Of a stretch of 64,000 nucleotides of DNA, positions 1-12,665 are shown piece by piece. Location of the stretch: NCBI GenBank assembly GCA_051313645.2, contig JBNRSN020000012.1, positions 59,954,001 through 60,018,000 on the forward strand, read 5' to 3'. The notes under the pieces are model-generated. The model was not told the origin of the DNA and made no database searches. It saw only the letters and a list, made by a program, of their open reading frames with translations. The DNA is from Centroscyllium fabricii. Taxonomy: Eukaryota. A program made the position numbers and the translations under genes. The first letter of the stretch is position 1. Every line of letters starts with the position of its first letter.

Positions 1-7
1 TTATTAC

Positions 8-161
8 CTTGACACCTGGTTGAGAATCATGAAGAGAATGGCAAGTGGGCCAACTGCAACAAGACACCATGGGAAGACAGAACCAATTACACCAATGCAG
101 AAAAACACCAGGATGATGTTCTGAATAAACATCTCTGCTTGGAAAGGTAGCCGTGTGTCCA
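8..161 (-). CDS. ABCC5: ABCC5/MRP5 coding exon (~human exon 21; TMD2)
   Basis: (V)DTRLPFQAEMFIQNIILVFFCIGVIGSVFPWCLVAVGPL; TAG acceptor, GTAAT donor; 154 bp, phase-consistent with neighbour. Confidence 0.95.
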
Positions 162-383
162 CTAAGCAAATGTGGAAAAAAAAAATCAGATTTAGGGAAA
201 CAATCAGAAATGAAGAAATGTTTACAGCAATAAGCATGTTCGCACAGGGTTCTTCTTTTAACAGAAATATTACACAATAGCACAACAACCAGATGAGATT
301 TACAAGAAGCAAGTTTTTCTACAATATTAACAAACATATTTTGGCTAAGAGTGCATTAGTCAGAACACTGTTGGGAAAGATAC

Positions 384-513
384 CTTCATCCATGTCCCTT
401 GAGAATCTATTAAGGATTCGGCCAGGGGGAGTGGTGTCAAAAAACTTCATGGGGCCCCTGAGGATCTTGTGAAAGAGTTCATCATGAAGCCTGGATGAGG
501 CTCTTAGTGTTCC
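384..513 (-). CDS. ABCC5: ABCC5 coding exon (~exon 20)
   Basis: [43 protein letters not shown], typical ABCC TMD2 loop; AG/GT ends; 130 bp. Confidence 0.96.
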
Positions 514-1148
514 CTTCAAAAGAATTAAAGCAGTTAATTATCTATATTTACACTAACTTTAAATGTAATACCTGTACATCCTATGTGGTGTTAGGAAAAA
601 GTAATTGAGTCGTGATATGAATTACAAACACCGATACACCCAATCGATGTACCAAAGGTTTTCTGCGGCTAATCAAAGAAACTAGTCTGAAAGAATCATA
701 TTCCTAGCAAAAGTAAAATTACAGGATTAAACCGAATGTATACTCACACAGAACTGAATATAAACATATTCAAGCCTCACCATCCAAACCCATCTTAACA
801 ACTGGAAAGCGATAGATTTTGTGTCTGATCGCGTACTCTTCACGTATGCAATCCAAGCATTCTCTACTACCACAGGCACAATAGTTAGGAATTATGTCCC
901 ATTTTTCATGTCTATGTCAGAATATTGCTCACGCGTTCCCAAGAAAGCAAATCCCTGCATCTTTCTCTCTCCGTCTCCCCTCCAACCGCCCCTCCCCCCC
1001 ACCCAGCAAAAAGGAGACAGCACTACTCAAGTTATAGATGAGAAGTAGAGTGAAATTATATTAAATGGCTATTACACGCCTGGCGAGGTGTAATTTAATC
1101 TTTCTTCATTCTCATACCCTTCACATACTGCAGAATTATCCAGTAGTA

Positions 1149-1467
1149 CAGGTTGAGCACCGTTAATCCGGCACCCTTGGGACCGGGCCGGTGCCGGACC
1201 ACTGAAAATTCCGGACCACTGAAGGTTCGGGGAGGGGAAGCACGCGGTAGAACACTCCCCGGGAGGGAGCCCGGGGATAGAACACTTACAACACCTAAAC
1301 AAACAGAAACCCAAAAGCCCGACGCCGTCGGGGCTCGCTCAACCTTTGTGGGAAACGGTGGCGCCGCCGAGCGGCTGCTCTACAAACTGAAGAGCGCCGG
1401 TTTCCAATCGTGCCAGACCACTGAAGCTGCCGGACCATCGGGTGCCAGATTACCGGTGCTCAACCTG
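1149..1467. mobile_element. Non-autonomous Tc1/mariner (pogo/Tigger-like) element, copy 1, with GC-rich cargo
   Basis: TIR CAGGTTGAGCACCGTTAATCCGGCAC / GTGCCAGATTACCGGTGCTCAACCTG; TA on both sides. Confidence 0.88.
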
Positions 1468-1840
1468 TACTACTTGTTTTTTGAGGGTGGAAGAATCACC
1501 CTTGGTTGAGAGGATACATTTGTGAATAGGCACATCTACCTTAGCTCATGAATCACAGAAGCACTGCACAAAAATTCAAGTTGAAATTTGCTCTTGCACA
1601 ATGTGTCATTTAGAAACTACAATTCATAAGAGACCAAAAGCTCAAAAGAAGGATACCTAAGTTTTTGAAAGAACAGACTAAGACTCTGAGGGTCAGTCAA
1701 CAGGAGCAGAGATCAGGATTGAAATTCCCTTCACAAGGTATGTATAAAGGTGGTATTCCTTTAGAATCAACCCGTGCTGAATCATAGCAAACTGCAAATA
1801 ACCAATAGGACCATAACTGAGCTTGGTTTCTACTTCAAGT

Positions 1841-3835
1841 CAGCGGATGTGTGGTCGGCTGCTCATTTCAGGATCAAATATGACACCAAGATTGCGAATA
1901 ATCTGGTTCAGCCTCAGACAGATGGAGTTGGTGGCTTGAGAACAGAGTTTGTGGCGGGGACCGAAGACAATGGCTTTGGTATTCCCAATATTTAATTGGA
2001 GAAAATTTCTGTTCATCCAGTACTGGATGTCGGACAAGCAGTCTGAAAATTTAGAAACTGTGGAAGGGTCGAGAAGAGGTGGTGAGGTAGAGCTGGGTGT
2101 AGTCAGCGTACACGTGGAAGCTGACGCTGTGTTGTCGGATGATGTTGTCAAGGGGCAGCATGTAGATGAGAAATAGGAGGGCTCTCCCCCACCCCAAGGA
2201 TAGATCCTTAGGGGGGGGGGGGGGGGATGCAGGTAATTTTCTGGCTACAATTAGATAGATAAGAATAGAACTAGGTGAGTGCAGTCCCACCCAGCTAGAC
2301 TACAGCGGAGAGGCACTGGAGATAGATGGAGTAGTCAACCCTGTCAAAGGCTGCAGACAGGTTGAGAACGGCTAGTTTACCTTTGTCATAGTCACATAGG
2401 ATGTAATTTGTGATTTTGATGAGACATTTCGGTACTGTGGCAGGGACGGAAACCGGATTGAAGGGATTCAAACATGGCGTTCCGGGAAAGATGGGCACGG
2501 ATTTGGGAGGCGACAACACGGTCAAGGACTTTGGAGTGGAAAGGGAGGTTGGAGATGGGGCGGTAGCTTGCAAGGACAGAGGAGGGTCAGGGGTTGGTTT
2601 TTTGAGGAGAGGGGTGATGACAGCAGATTTGAAGAGGGTTGGGGGGGGGGGGGGGGGGGGGGTCAGTACCGGAGGAGAGAGAACTGTTAACAATGTCAAC
2701 TAACATGGGAACCAGAAGAGGAAGTTGGGTGGTCAGCAGTTTAGTGGGAATAGGGTCGAGGGAGCAGAAAGTGGGTCTCATGGACAAGATGAGCACGGAG
2801 AAGGAATGAGGGGAGATCGGAGAGAAGCTGGAGAAAGATGTGTGTTCAGGGCTAGGGCTGGGGGCGGGGGGGGGGGGACCTTATAGGAGGTTTGGCCCGG
2901 TAGCTCGGGGAAGAAACGCAAGTGGCAGGGGCAGCTGATCAGATGGTCTCAATCTTAGAGACAAAGAAATCCATGAGCTCCTCGCACTTCTTGTTGCTGG
3001 CGAGGGTGGAGGAGATAGGGGAGAGGGGTTTAAGAAGACACTTAGCAATAGAGAATAAAGCCAGGGGTTATCTTTGCATTCCTGAATTATCCTGGAATAG
3101 TGAGCAGTTTTGGCAGACAAGAGTAGGACCAGATACTGCTTTATGTGGTCCAGCCAGATCTGGCGGTGAATGACTAAATCAGTTGTCTGCCATATCCATT
3201 CAAGTCTGCGTCCCTTGGACTTAAGGGAGCGAAGATGAGGGCTGTACCAGGGCAATGACCAGGTTGAGAGAGAGTAAATGTTTTAATCGGGACTAGGGCA
3301 TCAAAGGTGGTGGTGAAGGAGTGGTCGAGCAGACTGATAGCTGCAGACATGTCATGGTGAATGGAGGGCCAAACGCTGAACAGTTGGGATTTCCTAAGTG
3401 CAGTTATAGAGAGTTGGGAGAATTTTTTTTCCAGGGGCAGACACAGAAGGAAGTAGGGTTGAGGGATGTGGGTGGAGAGCGACACAAGGAAGTGGTCGTA
3501 TCTGCGATTGACACAATGGGAGAAGCGAGGCCACGAGAGATGGCAAGGTTAAGGGGCTAGCCGTGAATATGGATTGGGGAGTTTACATGGAGGGAGAGAT
3601 TAAGGGAGGATAGGACGGTAGTGAACACAGAGGAGAGAGAGCGCATGATGAATTGAGATGGAGGTTGAAATCACGAGGATGAGAAGTGCAGAGACTGAGG
3701 GAGGAAAGTATCTTGGTGATAACATTTTTATGGTGCTTGGGTGGGCGGTAGAGAACAAGAATTTTAAATGAGGGGTGAGGAGGCGGAACAAGGGGAGATG
3801 CTCAAAAGCAGGAGAAAGTGCCAGAGTAGGGGGCT
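1841..3835 (-). mobile_element. L2-clade LINE fragment (degenerate ORF2)
   Basis: Frameshifted ORF2 pieces: PWYSPHLRSLK, LDPIPTKLL, KSAVITPLLKKP, LSAAFDRVD, FHVYAD, WMNRNFLQLN. Confidence 0.88.
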
Positions 3836-4121
3836 GACCAAGCTTGATTACCATCGATCTTGTTGGTTACATTAGCTCGGTGCTTAACCAAGAGGTTACA
3901 GGTAGCTTTGACTGCAGTATTCAAACAGTACAGCAATCGTAATCCAGAGACAACCTCACTGTTTATTATATAGGTGCTCTTGGATACATCTTGAGGACTC
4001 AACTAAAAGTCCTTGAAGACAACAGTTTTTTAAAAATTGATCAAAATTCGAGTGAAAATTCTTCTTTAAAATTAGAGAGTATTGTACTTCTCCTTAAAGT
4101 TGTAAATTCATATTACTATAC

Positions 4122-4268
4122 CTTAACAAATACAATGCCACGGACTGCCTTTAGAATCAGCATTACTGTCATAGACAGTGCATAGATGCCTGCATAGTAA
4201 TGCATATGTGGATTGTCCTTCATGCTCTGACTCACGTAAGTTTCATTCTCTAAAGTCACAGATATATT
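4122..4268 (-). CDS. ABCC5: ABCC5 coding exon (~exon 19)
   Basis: NISVTLENETYVSQSMKDNPHMHYYAGIYALSMTVMLILKAVRGIVFVK; CAG/GT; 147 bp. Confidence 0.95.
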
Positions 4269-4594
4269 CTGAAAGAAAGTGTAAACAATCATCAACATTT
4301 TGAAAACCCTTCAGGAACAGTACAGTAGTCTCTTGCTGGAGTGAACTCCTCCATAATTTGTAGAAAAATTATAATTCACTAAGTTGCAAAACCATTTGGG
4401 GATCGCACTCTCTTACCTCACTTTAAAAACAAGAGGCAGTTTCCATGCACAAATTGATCATGGATGGATAGTCTGAATGTCATTCAGCAATACATTCATA
4501 AATCATTTTATCAGCTCTTTTCCTGCAAGATAACGCTGTTTGAAACATACCATACAATTAACAGTTATGCAACTTTGAGGTATGATGGAGAGAA

Positions 4595-5690
4595 AAATCA
4601 GTGGTGTGGGTTAATAAGGGACAGCCAGCACAGATTTGTTGAAGGCAAACTGTGTCTGACTAACCTGATTGAGTTCTTTGATGAAGTAAGAGAGGGTTGT
4701 TAGTGCAGTAGATGTTGTATATATGGACTTTCAAAAGGCATTTGATAAAGTACCACATAACGGACTTATTCCAAAAATAAGTGGTGTTAAAGGGACAGTG
4801 GTAACTTGGTACATAATTGGCTATGGGACAGGAGACAGAGTAGTGGTGAACCAATGTCTTTCTGACTAGGGAGAAGTATGCAGTGGGTCCATTGCTTTTC
4901 TTGTTTTATACAAATGACCTGGACTTAGGTATAGGCAGTACAATTTAAAAGTTTGCAGATGTTACAAAACTTGGCAACATAGTAAATAGTGAGCAGGATA
5001 GTAGCAGACTTCAGGACGACATAGACAGACGAGTGAAATGGCAGACGCAATTTAATGTGGATAAGTGTGAAGTGATGCACTTTGGGAGAAACAACATTGA
5101 AGCAGTGTATTCTGAATGGTACTATTTTGAGGGGCGCGGGTGCAAGAGCAGAGGGACCTGGGGGCTGCATATTCACAATCTTTGAAGGTGGCAGGGCAAG
5201 TTAATAAGGCGGTTAATAAAGCTTCTGGGATATTTGATTTTGTAAATAGGGGCATTGAATACAAAAAGGCAGTCGTGCTAAACCTTTACAAATGACTGGT
5301 TGTGCCTCAGCTAGAATATTGTGTACAATTCTGTGCACCACAATTTAGGAAGGACATCAAGGCCTTAGAAAAAAGGTGCAGAGGAGGTGCACCAGGATGA
5401 TACCACAGATGAAGGACTTCAGTTATGTGGAGAGATTGGAGAAGCTGGGATTGTTCTCAGAGCAGAGAAAGTTAAAGAGAGACCCAACAGAGGTATTCAA
5501 AATTATGAGGGGCTTTGATGGAGCAAGGAGGGAGAAACTGTCTCCTGTGACACCGGACGTCACAGATTCAAAATAATTGGTAAAACTAGAAAGAAAATTG
5601 GAGAATTTTTTTCCAGAGGTAAGATGTACTCCCTGAAAAAGGGTGACGGAAGCAGATTCCAGAGAAACTTTCAAAAGTGCACACAAAGAA
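4595..5690 (+). mobile_element. CR1 LINE 3' fragment (degenerate RT)
   Basis: SQHRFVEGKLCLTNLIEFFDEV, LEKLGLFSEQRKL. Confidence 0.88.
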
Positions 5691-6134
5691 GGAGCATTCA
5701 TTAACAAAGACTGAAATTTATTGATGAGTCACTGAAAAGTCTTGTCGACAATAAAGCTAATCAAATAGTCGATTCCATCTCAAAACCATTTCAACAAGTT
5801 GGTGAGGAAGAGTCCATAACAGGGAAAATGTTGCACACACTATGGAAAGGCTAAATGGTTGATTGGCTGAATGACCTATTCCAAACCCATGCTCCTATAT
5901 TGTTAAAACAGTAAATTTGGCCAGAAATGGGGACACTGTCAGCTGGATGCTTTCAACTCTCAAAGGCATGGTTATACTTGAATGAGTTTCAACTATTTCA
6001 GTCGCAACTTATAGAATTTGTCCTGGTATCTATTTACCAAGGCACCATTTATCAATTAATTTGCACAACAATTTGTCACAAGATTAAAAGTTAGCAAATT
6101 TATGACCATCATTAGTCCTAAGTGTCAACTCAAG

Positions 6135-6358
6135 AGGAGCAGGGTTTTTTTCCCTGTGTCCTGGTCAACATGTATCCCTCAATCAACACCTAAAACAGAG
6201 GATCTAGTTAGTCATTTATTCCATTGCTGTTTGTAGGAGCTTGTTGTGTATAAATTGGCTGCTGTGTTTCCGACATAGAAATAGTGACTACAGTTCAAAA
6301 ATACTTGATTGGTTGTGCTTTGGGATGCCCGAGGTCATGAAAGGCGCTACATAAGTAG
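6135..6358 (+). mobile_element. DeuSINE (SacSINE1-like) 3' half
   Basis: Deu-domain-like gtgtcctggtcaacatgtatccctcaatcaac...ttgctgtttgtaggagcttg...aaattggctgc and L2-type tail gaaaggcgctac. Confidence 0.7.
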
Positions 6359-6918
6359 AAAAGGCTGTATTTTCAAACACATATTTGAACAACATTCTAT
6401 GTTATACAATTGAGAAGAAAGTGGGTGAAATGAAGAAAAATAGACTTTTGGAAGAAATGCAATGCCAAAGCAACTTAAGGAACATATGGTTATGGATGAA
6501 GATAGAGACACAATCGTTACATATCAGGCAAGGTCAAGTGGACAATTACAACAACTTCAGTTTGCTTCTGACCCAAACCATTTTCCATTATTAGTAGAGA
6601 TTTTTTCATGAGCGAGATAAGATCTAAAAGGCAGAGTGCATCATGATGAAATAGCCAAGACATAACTAATAGTCTGGAAATCATTCAATACTCAGAAGCA
6701 TCAACATATACTCAAATATCAAATGACAGGATCAAAAGCATTAAACATGCACAAGAGAAATCCTTCACCTTGCATTTTAAGTTGCATAATGTGGAAGTCT
6801 CTTGAATGCAAAGAATTCTTATTAGCGAATTTGGACTTCTTGATCTTGTTGGATTTTGATGGTGAGCAAAATGCACTAATTCCTATTCATCTAGCAGTAA
6901 TTTAAACCACCTAGCCAA

Positions 6919-7307
6919 TGGTGGCATAGTGGTTAGCACTGTTGCCTTACAGCACTAGAGACCCGGGTTCAAATTCAGCCTCAGGTACTATCTGTGTGGA
7001 GTTTGCACATTCTCCCCGTGTCTGCGTGGGTTTCTTCCGGGTGCTCCGGTTTCCTCCCACAGTCCAAAGATGTGCGGGTTATGTTGATTGGCCATGATAA
7101 ATTGACCCTTAGTGTTAAGGGGATTGAATATGTGGGGTTACGGGGATGAGGTGGGATATGTGTTGGTGCAGGCTCAATAGAGATCGAGGGATATGGGGAC
7201 AAGGCAGGGACAGGGTATGGATGATCAGCCATGATCTCATTGAATGGCGGAGCAGCCTCGAAGGGCCGAATGGCTTACTCCTGCTCCTATCTTCTATGTT
7301 TCTATGT
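6919..7307 (+). mobile_element. tRNA-derived V-SINE (HE1-like) with CR1-derived tail
   Basis: A box TGGCATAGTGG, B box GGTTCAAATTC, V-domain ctgtgtggagtttgcacattctccccgtgtctgcgtgggttt, tail ctcctgctcctatcttctatg. Confidence 0.88.
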
Positions 7308-7894
7308 AACGGCATGGGGCAGGGATCAATTGAGGTAGCAGACCAAAGTGAGTATTGTGAAAATAAGTCCCCACCTCCCATTCCAAAACTAAAAGCTGAC
7401 TTTGTATTTAGAAGTCAGAAGCACCTTCGCAAATCTTTGAAAAGGCTTTGCTAAATTTTTTTAAATCTGTTCATTCAATTTAACTGTTGAAGAACCAAGC
7501 AGTGAAATTTTTTACCATTATGTTAGCAACAGAATAACCTGCTGCTGACAATGGGGGGAAAAAAGGAATGAGGTATAGTATCAGGGTGAGACGTTACACA
7601 CAACAGGGATGGGGGCAAGGCTCCCTGTACAACAAAGTTCGAGAGACACAATAATTAAGTCGTTTCTTTTCCTACTCGGATAGGCTATTGATTTGCACGT
7701 GGCGGTTGAGTGAATAGAGAATTACCACTCGAAGAAAAGGTAACTAAAAAATGTTGATGCATAAAAGTTATTTCATTTTAAAGCTGCAGTGTTGAAGTTA
7801 CTCATAATGAGTTTAGTGTCAATGTCAATTTAATTAAATTTTTGTTTTTTTTAAATATATATTTTCTTTAAGATAATGCAGTCCCAATTCTTAC

Positions 7895-8079
7895 CCCACT
7901 GCCCACTTTGATCCAGTAACTAAGCCACCAGTTGTTAAAAGCAATGCTCCCGACATTCAGGACAAAAAGTATCATTACAAGGAAAAATGCAAGAGGTCCT
8001 CCTGCTGCCTGGATGTATACTCCATACACAGACCATGGGACAGAACCTTTCCCTTTTTCCTCTGATTGGACAAGCTGAT
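7895..8079 (-). CDS. ABCC5: ABCC5 coding exon (~exon 18; start of TMD2)
   Basis: DQLVQSEEKGKGSVPWSVYGVYIQAAGG...WWLSYWIKVGSG; TAG/GTAAG; 185 bp. Confidence 0.96.
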
Positions 8080-8771
8080 CTAGAAACAGAAACACACACA
8101 TTAGAAACTATTAAATATAGTACCAACATATTCTCATCACAAAAATAAACCCAAAATGGCTTTACGTAACACCAGAATATAGATGTGAAATTATTGCCGA
8201 TCAAAACAGCTTTAAAAATGTTGTGCATTCCTACATATCCTTCACTACATATGCAATACTTCATATTTTAAATCACAAATAATAATGGAATAAATTTGGA
8301 CAGAATCATTTACATGATACTGCGGTGACAAAAATGAAGCATTTCTAACCATGATCCATCATGCTATCAACTTAATTCTTAATGTCTATCATGATACATA
8401 ATTTGAAATACACACTTAAATTTCCTTTATTCTGGTAATTCAAAAAACGTATTTCTCAGTCTGTCTTAAAATTGGGTAATGCGCCTGAAGCCATGAGATA
8501 GATAGATAAGCCAAAGACACACTCGACATGATCAGCAACAAATTGCCTTGTGAAATGTAATATTCCAGGAACTTGTAACTACTGTAAATCTACAGTATTG
8601 CTACTCTGGTTACTAACTCACTGATAGGTTTATTTTTACCATTTCAGAACCTGGTTTATTTTTACCATTTCAGAACCTAGTTTATAAGTTTAATGGAGTG
8701 TCCATTCTACTGCCTTCCAAAGTCAAGGAAGGGCACATGCATGCACAAGATTTAACCAGTAAACCGAAATA

Positions 8772-9565
8772 CAGGTTGAGCACCGGTAATCCGTTACCCA
8801 ATAAGCCGGCAGCTTCAGTCTTCCGGAACAAATTGACCCGACTGCCCTGCGCATGTGCAAAATGGCCGCCGTGATCGATGCTTCGGGGAATGATCTACGC
8901 ATGCGTCGCCGAACGGCAAGCGCATGCGCAGATCATTAAAAACGGCTGCCGGAGGTTTTGAATGATCTGCGCATGCGTGGCTCTGAGAAGAGCACGGAAA
9001 GGTAAAGGCGGCCGTTGTGGCAAAGCCGGGCGGAGACTTTGAAGAATGAGGAGACTGAGCCGCTGGACTGGTGGCCTGGGCTGGAATGGGTTCCTCGGGC
9101 GCGCTCGAGCCCAGCTTCTCTTTACAGGGATCGCGCGGCGCCGTCTAGCTTCAAATGTCCCGGGTCCCCGCAAGCTCTTCGCTACCGGCCGGCTGACTGG
9201 GCGCATCCCCGCCAGCCCTTCCCTCCGGGAGTGGCGGCCAGTTTGCTGCTGTACTTTGTGCCGGATCTCTGTCCCGGGTCTGGGCTTCGGCCCTGCTCAG
9301 TTGGAAATCTCCGCTCAGAGTAGCGGGGAGAGAGAAAGGAATCGGGCATTTAATGAAAAAGTGGTGCGCCTCATTTTTAATTAAAAAAAGAACGAGTTTC
9401 GAATTCTTCAAAACTTCATGGCGGCCACATCCAATGTTATACGCATGCGCGTGGCCATTTTGAATGGCGCGTGCATGCGCACTGACCGACTTCATTCTAC
9501 CAGTTTTTTCACTTTCCCAGCACGGGCCTGGTCCTGCCCGTGCCGGATTACCATTGCTCAACCTG
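8772..9565. mobile_element. Non-autonomous pogo/Tigger-like element, copy 2, with cargo
   Basis: TA-CAGGTTGAGCACCGGTAATCCG ... CCGGATTACCATTGCTCAACCTG-TA; arms shared with copies 3 and 5. Confidence 0.9.
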
Positions 9566-9807
9566 TACAGTAACTGGGTTTTCTAGTCAATTCCTAGACC
9601 CGCTACAATTTACCCATATATTGAACAGATAAAGGAACTAAGGAGTCACTGACAGGAATGGTCCGAGATGCTGAACACCACATCCCATACCAAAAAAAAG
9701 GATAAAAACCAAAACATGCAACAACAGTGTTTTACGTGAAGATTCCTAAAAATATTACTAACAGGTTCTGCATTGTATATTTCTCATTCCGAATCTGACA
9801 AGTATGA

Positions 9808-10298
9808 AAATCATAGAGTCAGAGTAATACAGCACAGAAAGAGGCCCTTCGGCCCATCACGTCCGTGCCGCCCATCAATCCCAGTCTATACTAGTCCCAT
9901 TTTCCCGCATTTGGTCCGTAGCCTTGTATGCTGTGGCATTTCAAGTGCTCATCCAAATGCTTTTTGAATGTTGTGAGGGTTCTGCCACCCTCTCAGGCAG
10001 CGAGTTCCAGACTCCAACCACCCTCTGGGTGAAAAAGTTCTTCCTCACATCCCCACGATACCTCCTGCCCCTTACCCTGAAATTATGCCCCCTCGTTATT
10101 GACCCCTCAACCAAGGGAAAAAGTTCCACTCCATCCACCCTATCTATTCCCCATATAATTTTGTACACCTCAATCAGGTCTCCCCTCAGCCTCCTCTGCT
10201 CCAAGGAAAACAACCCCAGCCTCTTCAGTCTCCCTTCATAGCTGAAGTTCCCCAGCCCAGGCAGCATCCTGGTGAATCTCCTCTGCACCCTCTCCAAA
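9808..10298 (-). mobile_element. CR1 LINE 3' end
   Basis: ERVQRRFTRMLPGL...RKNFFTQRVVGVWNSLP plus CR1 3' UTR. Confidence 0.9.
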
Positions 10299-10299
10299 G

Positions 10300-12665
10300 C
10301 TATTATTATGCAATGAGAAAGGATTCATTAGCAATCTTGTTGTATGAGGCCCCTTGGGTTGGAGCGATCATAATATGATCGATTTCTCACTTAAGATGGA
10401 GAGTGAAGAAATTGACTCCGAGACTAAGGTCCTGAATTTAAGTAAAGGGAACTATGATGGTATGAGACGCGAGTTGGGTAGGATTGATTGGGTGGTGTCG
10501 CTCGGGGGGTTGACGGTAGATGGACAATGGCAAACATTCAAAGATCGAATTGAAGAATTACAGAACTTGTTTATACCAGTTTGGCATAAAAATAAACCAA
10601 AAAAGGTGACTCAACCGTGGAGAACAAGGGAAATTAGGTAAACATAAAATCCAAAGAGAGGGCATATAAATTGGCCAAAAAAAGCAACAGACCTGAGGAT
10701 TGGGAGCAGTTTAGGATATAGCGAAGGAGGACAAAGGGATTAATTAAGAGGGGGAAAATAGATTATGAAAGTAAGCTTGCGGCGAACATAAAAACTGACT
10801 GCAAAAGCTTTTAGAGATATATTAAGAGGAAAAGATTGGTGAAATCAAACATCGGTCCCTTGCAGTCCGATATTTTGGTCTGTCTTCACAAAGGAGGACA
10901 CAAATAACCTCCCAAAGATGCGGGGAAACATAGGGACTAATGAGAGGGAGGAACTGATGGAAATCAGTATTTGTAAGGATATGGTGTTGGGGAAGTTGAA
11001 GGGATTAAAGGCCAACAAATCTCCAGGGCCTGATAATCTACATCCTAGGGTACTTAAGGAAGTGGCCCTGGAGATAGCAGATGCATTGCTGATCATCTTC
11101 CAGAACTCGATAAGACTCTGGAACCGTACCCATGGATTGGAGGGTAGCTAACGTTACCCCACTATTCAAAAAAGAGGGTAGAGAAAAAGCGGGGAATATA
11201 GACCAGTAAGCCTGACATCGGTAGTGGGGAAAATGCTCGAGTCCATTATTAAAGATGTAATAGCAGAACACTTGAAAAATAGTGACGGGATCGGACAGAG
11301 TCAACATGGATTTACAAAAGGTAAATCGTGCTTGACTAATCTACTGGAATTTTTTGAGGATGTAACTGGTAAAATAGATTGGGGAGAACCAGTATTTGGA
11401 CTTTCAGAAAGTTTTCGATAAGGTCCCTCATAAGAGATTAGCGTGCAAAATTAAGGCTCATGGGATTGGGGGCAAGATATTGACTTGGATAGAGAACTGG
11501 TTGGCAGATAGAAAACAGAGTTGGAATAAACGGGTCGTTTTCCGAGTGGCAGGCAGTGACTATTGGGGTACCGCAAGGATTGGTCCTAGGATCCCAGCTG
11601 TTCACAATATATATCAATGATCTGGATGAGGGAATTGGATGCAATATCTCCAAATTTGCAGACGACACAAAGCTGGGTGGGAGGGTATGCTGTGAGGAGG
11701 ATGTCGAGAAACTCCAATGCGATTTGGACAGGTTGGGGGATTGGGCAGATACATGGCAAATGCACTATAAAGTGGATGAATGTGAGGTTATCCACTTTGG
11801 TGGCAAAAACAGGAGGACAGATTATTATTTGAATGGCAATAGATTGGGAGATGGGGAAGTGCAAAGAGACCTGAGTGTTCTTGTGCACCAGTCACTGAAG
11901 GTAAGCATGCAGGTGCAACAGGCGGATAAGAAGGCAAATGGTATGTTGGCCTTCGTAGCAAGAGGGTTCGAATATAAGAACAAGGATGTCTTGCTGCAGC
12001 TCTACAGGACCATGATGAGACCACACCTCGAGTATTGTGTGCAGTTTTGGTCGCCTCATCTGAGGAAGGGCATTCTTGCCATTGAAGGAGTGCAGCGAAG
12101 ATTCACCAGGTTAATACCTGGGATGGCAGGAATGACTTATGGGGAGAGATTGAGTCGATTGGGCTTATACTCACTGGAGTTCAGATGATTGAGAGGGGAT
12201 TTCATCGAAACCAAAAAATTGTGTCAGGCCTGGACAGACTGGAGGCAAGAATGATTTTCCCGATGGTCGGGGAGTCCAGAACCAGAGGGCAAAGTCTAAC
12301 GATAAGTGGAAAGCCATTTAGGACTGAGATAAGGGGGAATTTCTTCACCCAGAGAGTGGTGAACCTGTGGAATTCTCTGCCAGAGGGCGGTGGAGGCCGG
12401 TTCATTGAATATATTCAAGAAGGAGTTGGATATATTTCTTCAGGCTGAAGGGATCAAGGGATATGGGGAGAAGGCAGGGGCAGGGTACTGAATCTGAAAG
12501 AATAGTCACGATCTAATTGAATAGTGGGGTAACGTTAGCTACCTTCCAATCCATGGGTACTGTTCCAGAGTCTATAGAGTTCTGGAAGATGATCAGCAAT
12601 GAATGGCAGAGCAAGCTCAAAGGGCTGAATGGCCTACTCCTGCTCCTATCTTCTAGGTTTCTATT
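10300..12665 (+). mobile_element. 5'-truncated CR1 LINE (ORF2 endonuclease end, RT, 3' UTR)
   Basis: SDHNMI, KSPGPDNLHPRVLKE, GVPQGLVLG, KFADDTKLGG, RPHLEYCVQFW; frameshifts and stops. Confidence 0.93.

Noticed and set aside
2211-2662. Long poly-G runs (also ~18100, 21403-21432) and C-rich tract 50440-50580 as G-quadruplex elements
   Set aside because: Homopolymer or low-complexity expansions, mostly inside repeats, possibly inflated by sequencing; no evidence of function.
6919-6985. tRNA gene
   Set aside because: A and B boxes belong to the head of a V-SINE; no full cloverleaf.
8627-8680. Short tandem duplication (also 62992-63029)
   Set aside because: Simple slippage duplications with no further structure.
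11556-12188. RT-like ORFs of 150-233 aa (also 45228-45779, 47775-48476) as domesticated genes
   Set aside because: Ordinary truncated CR1 fragments with stops, frameshifts and standard tails.
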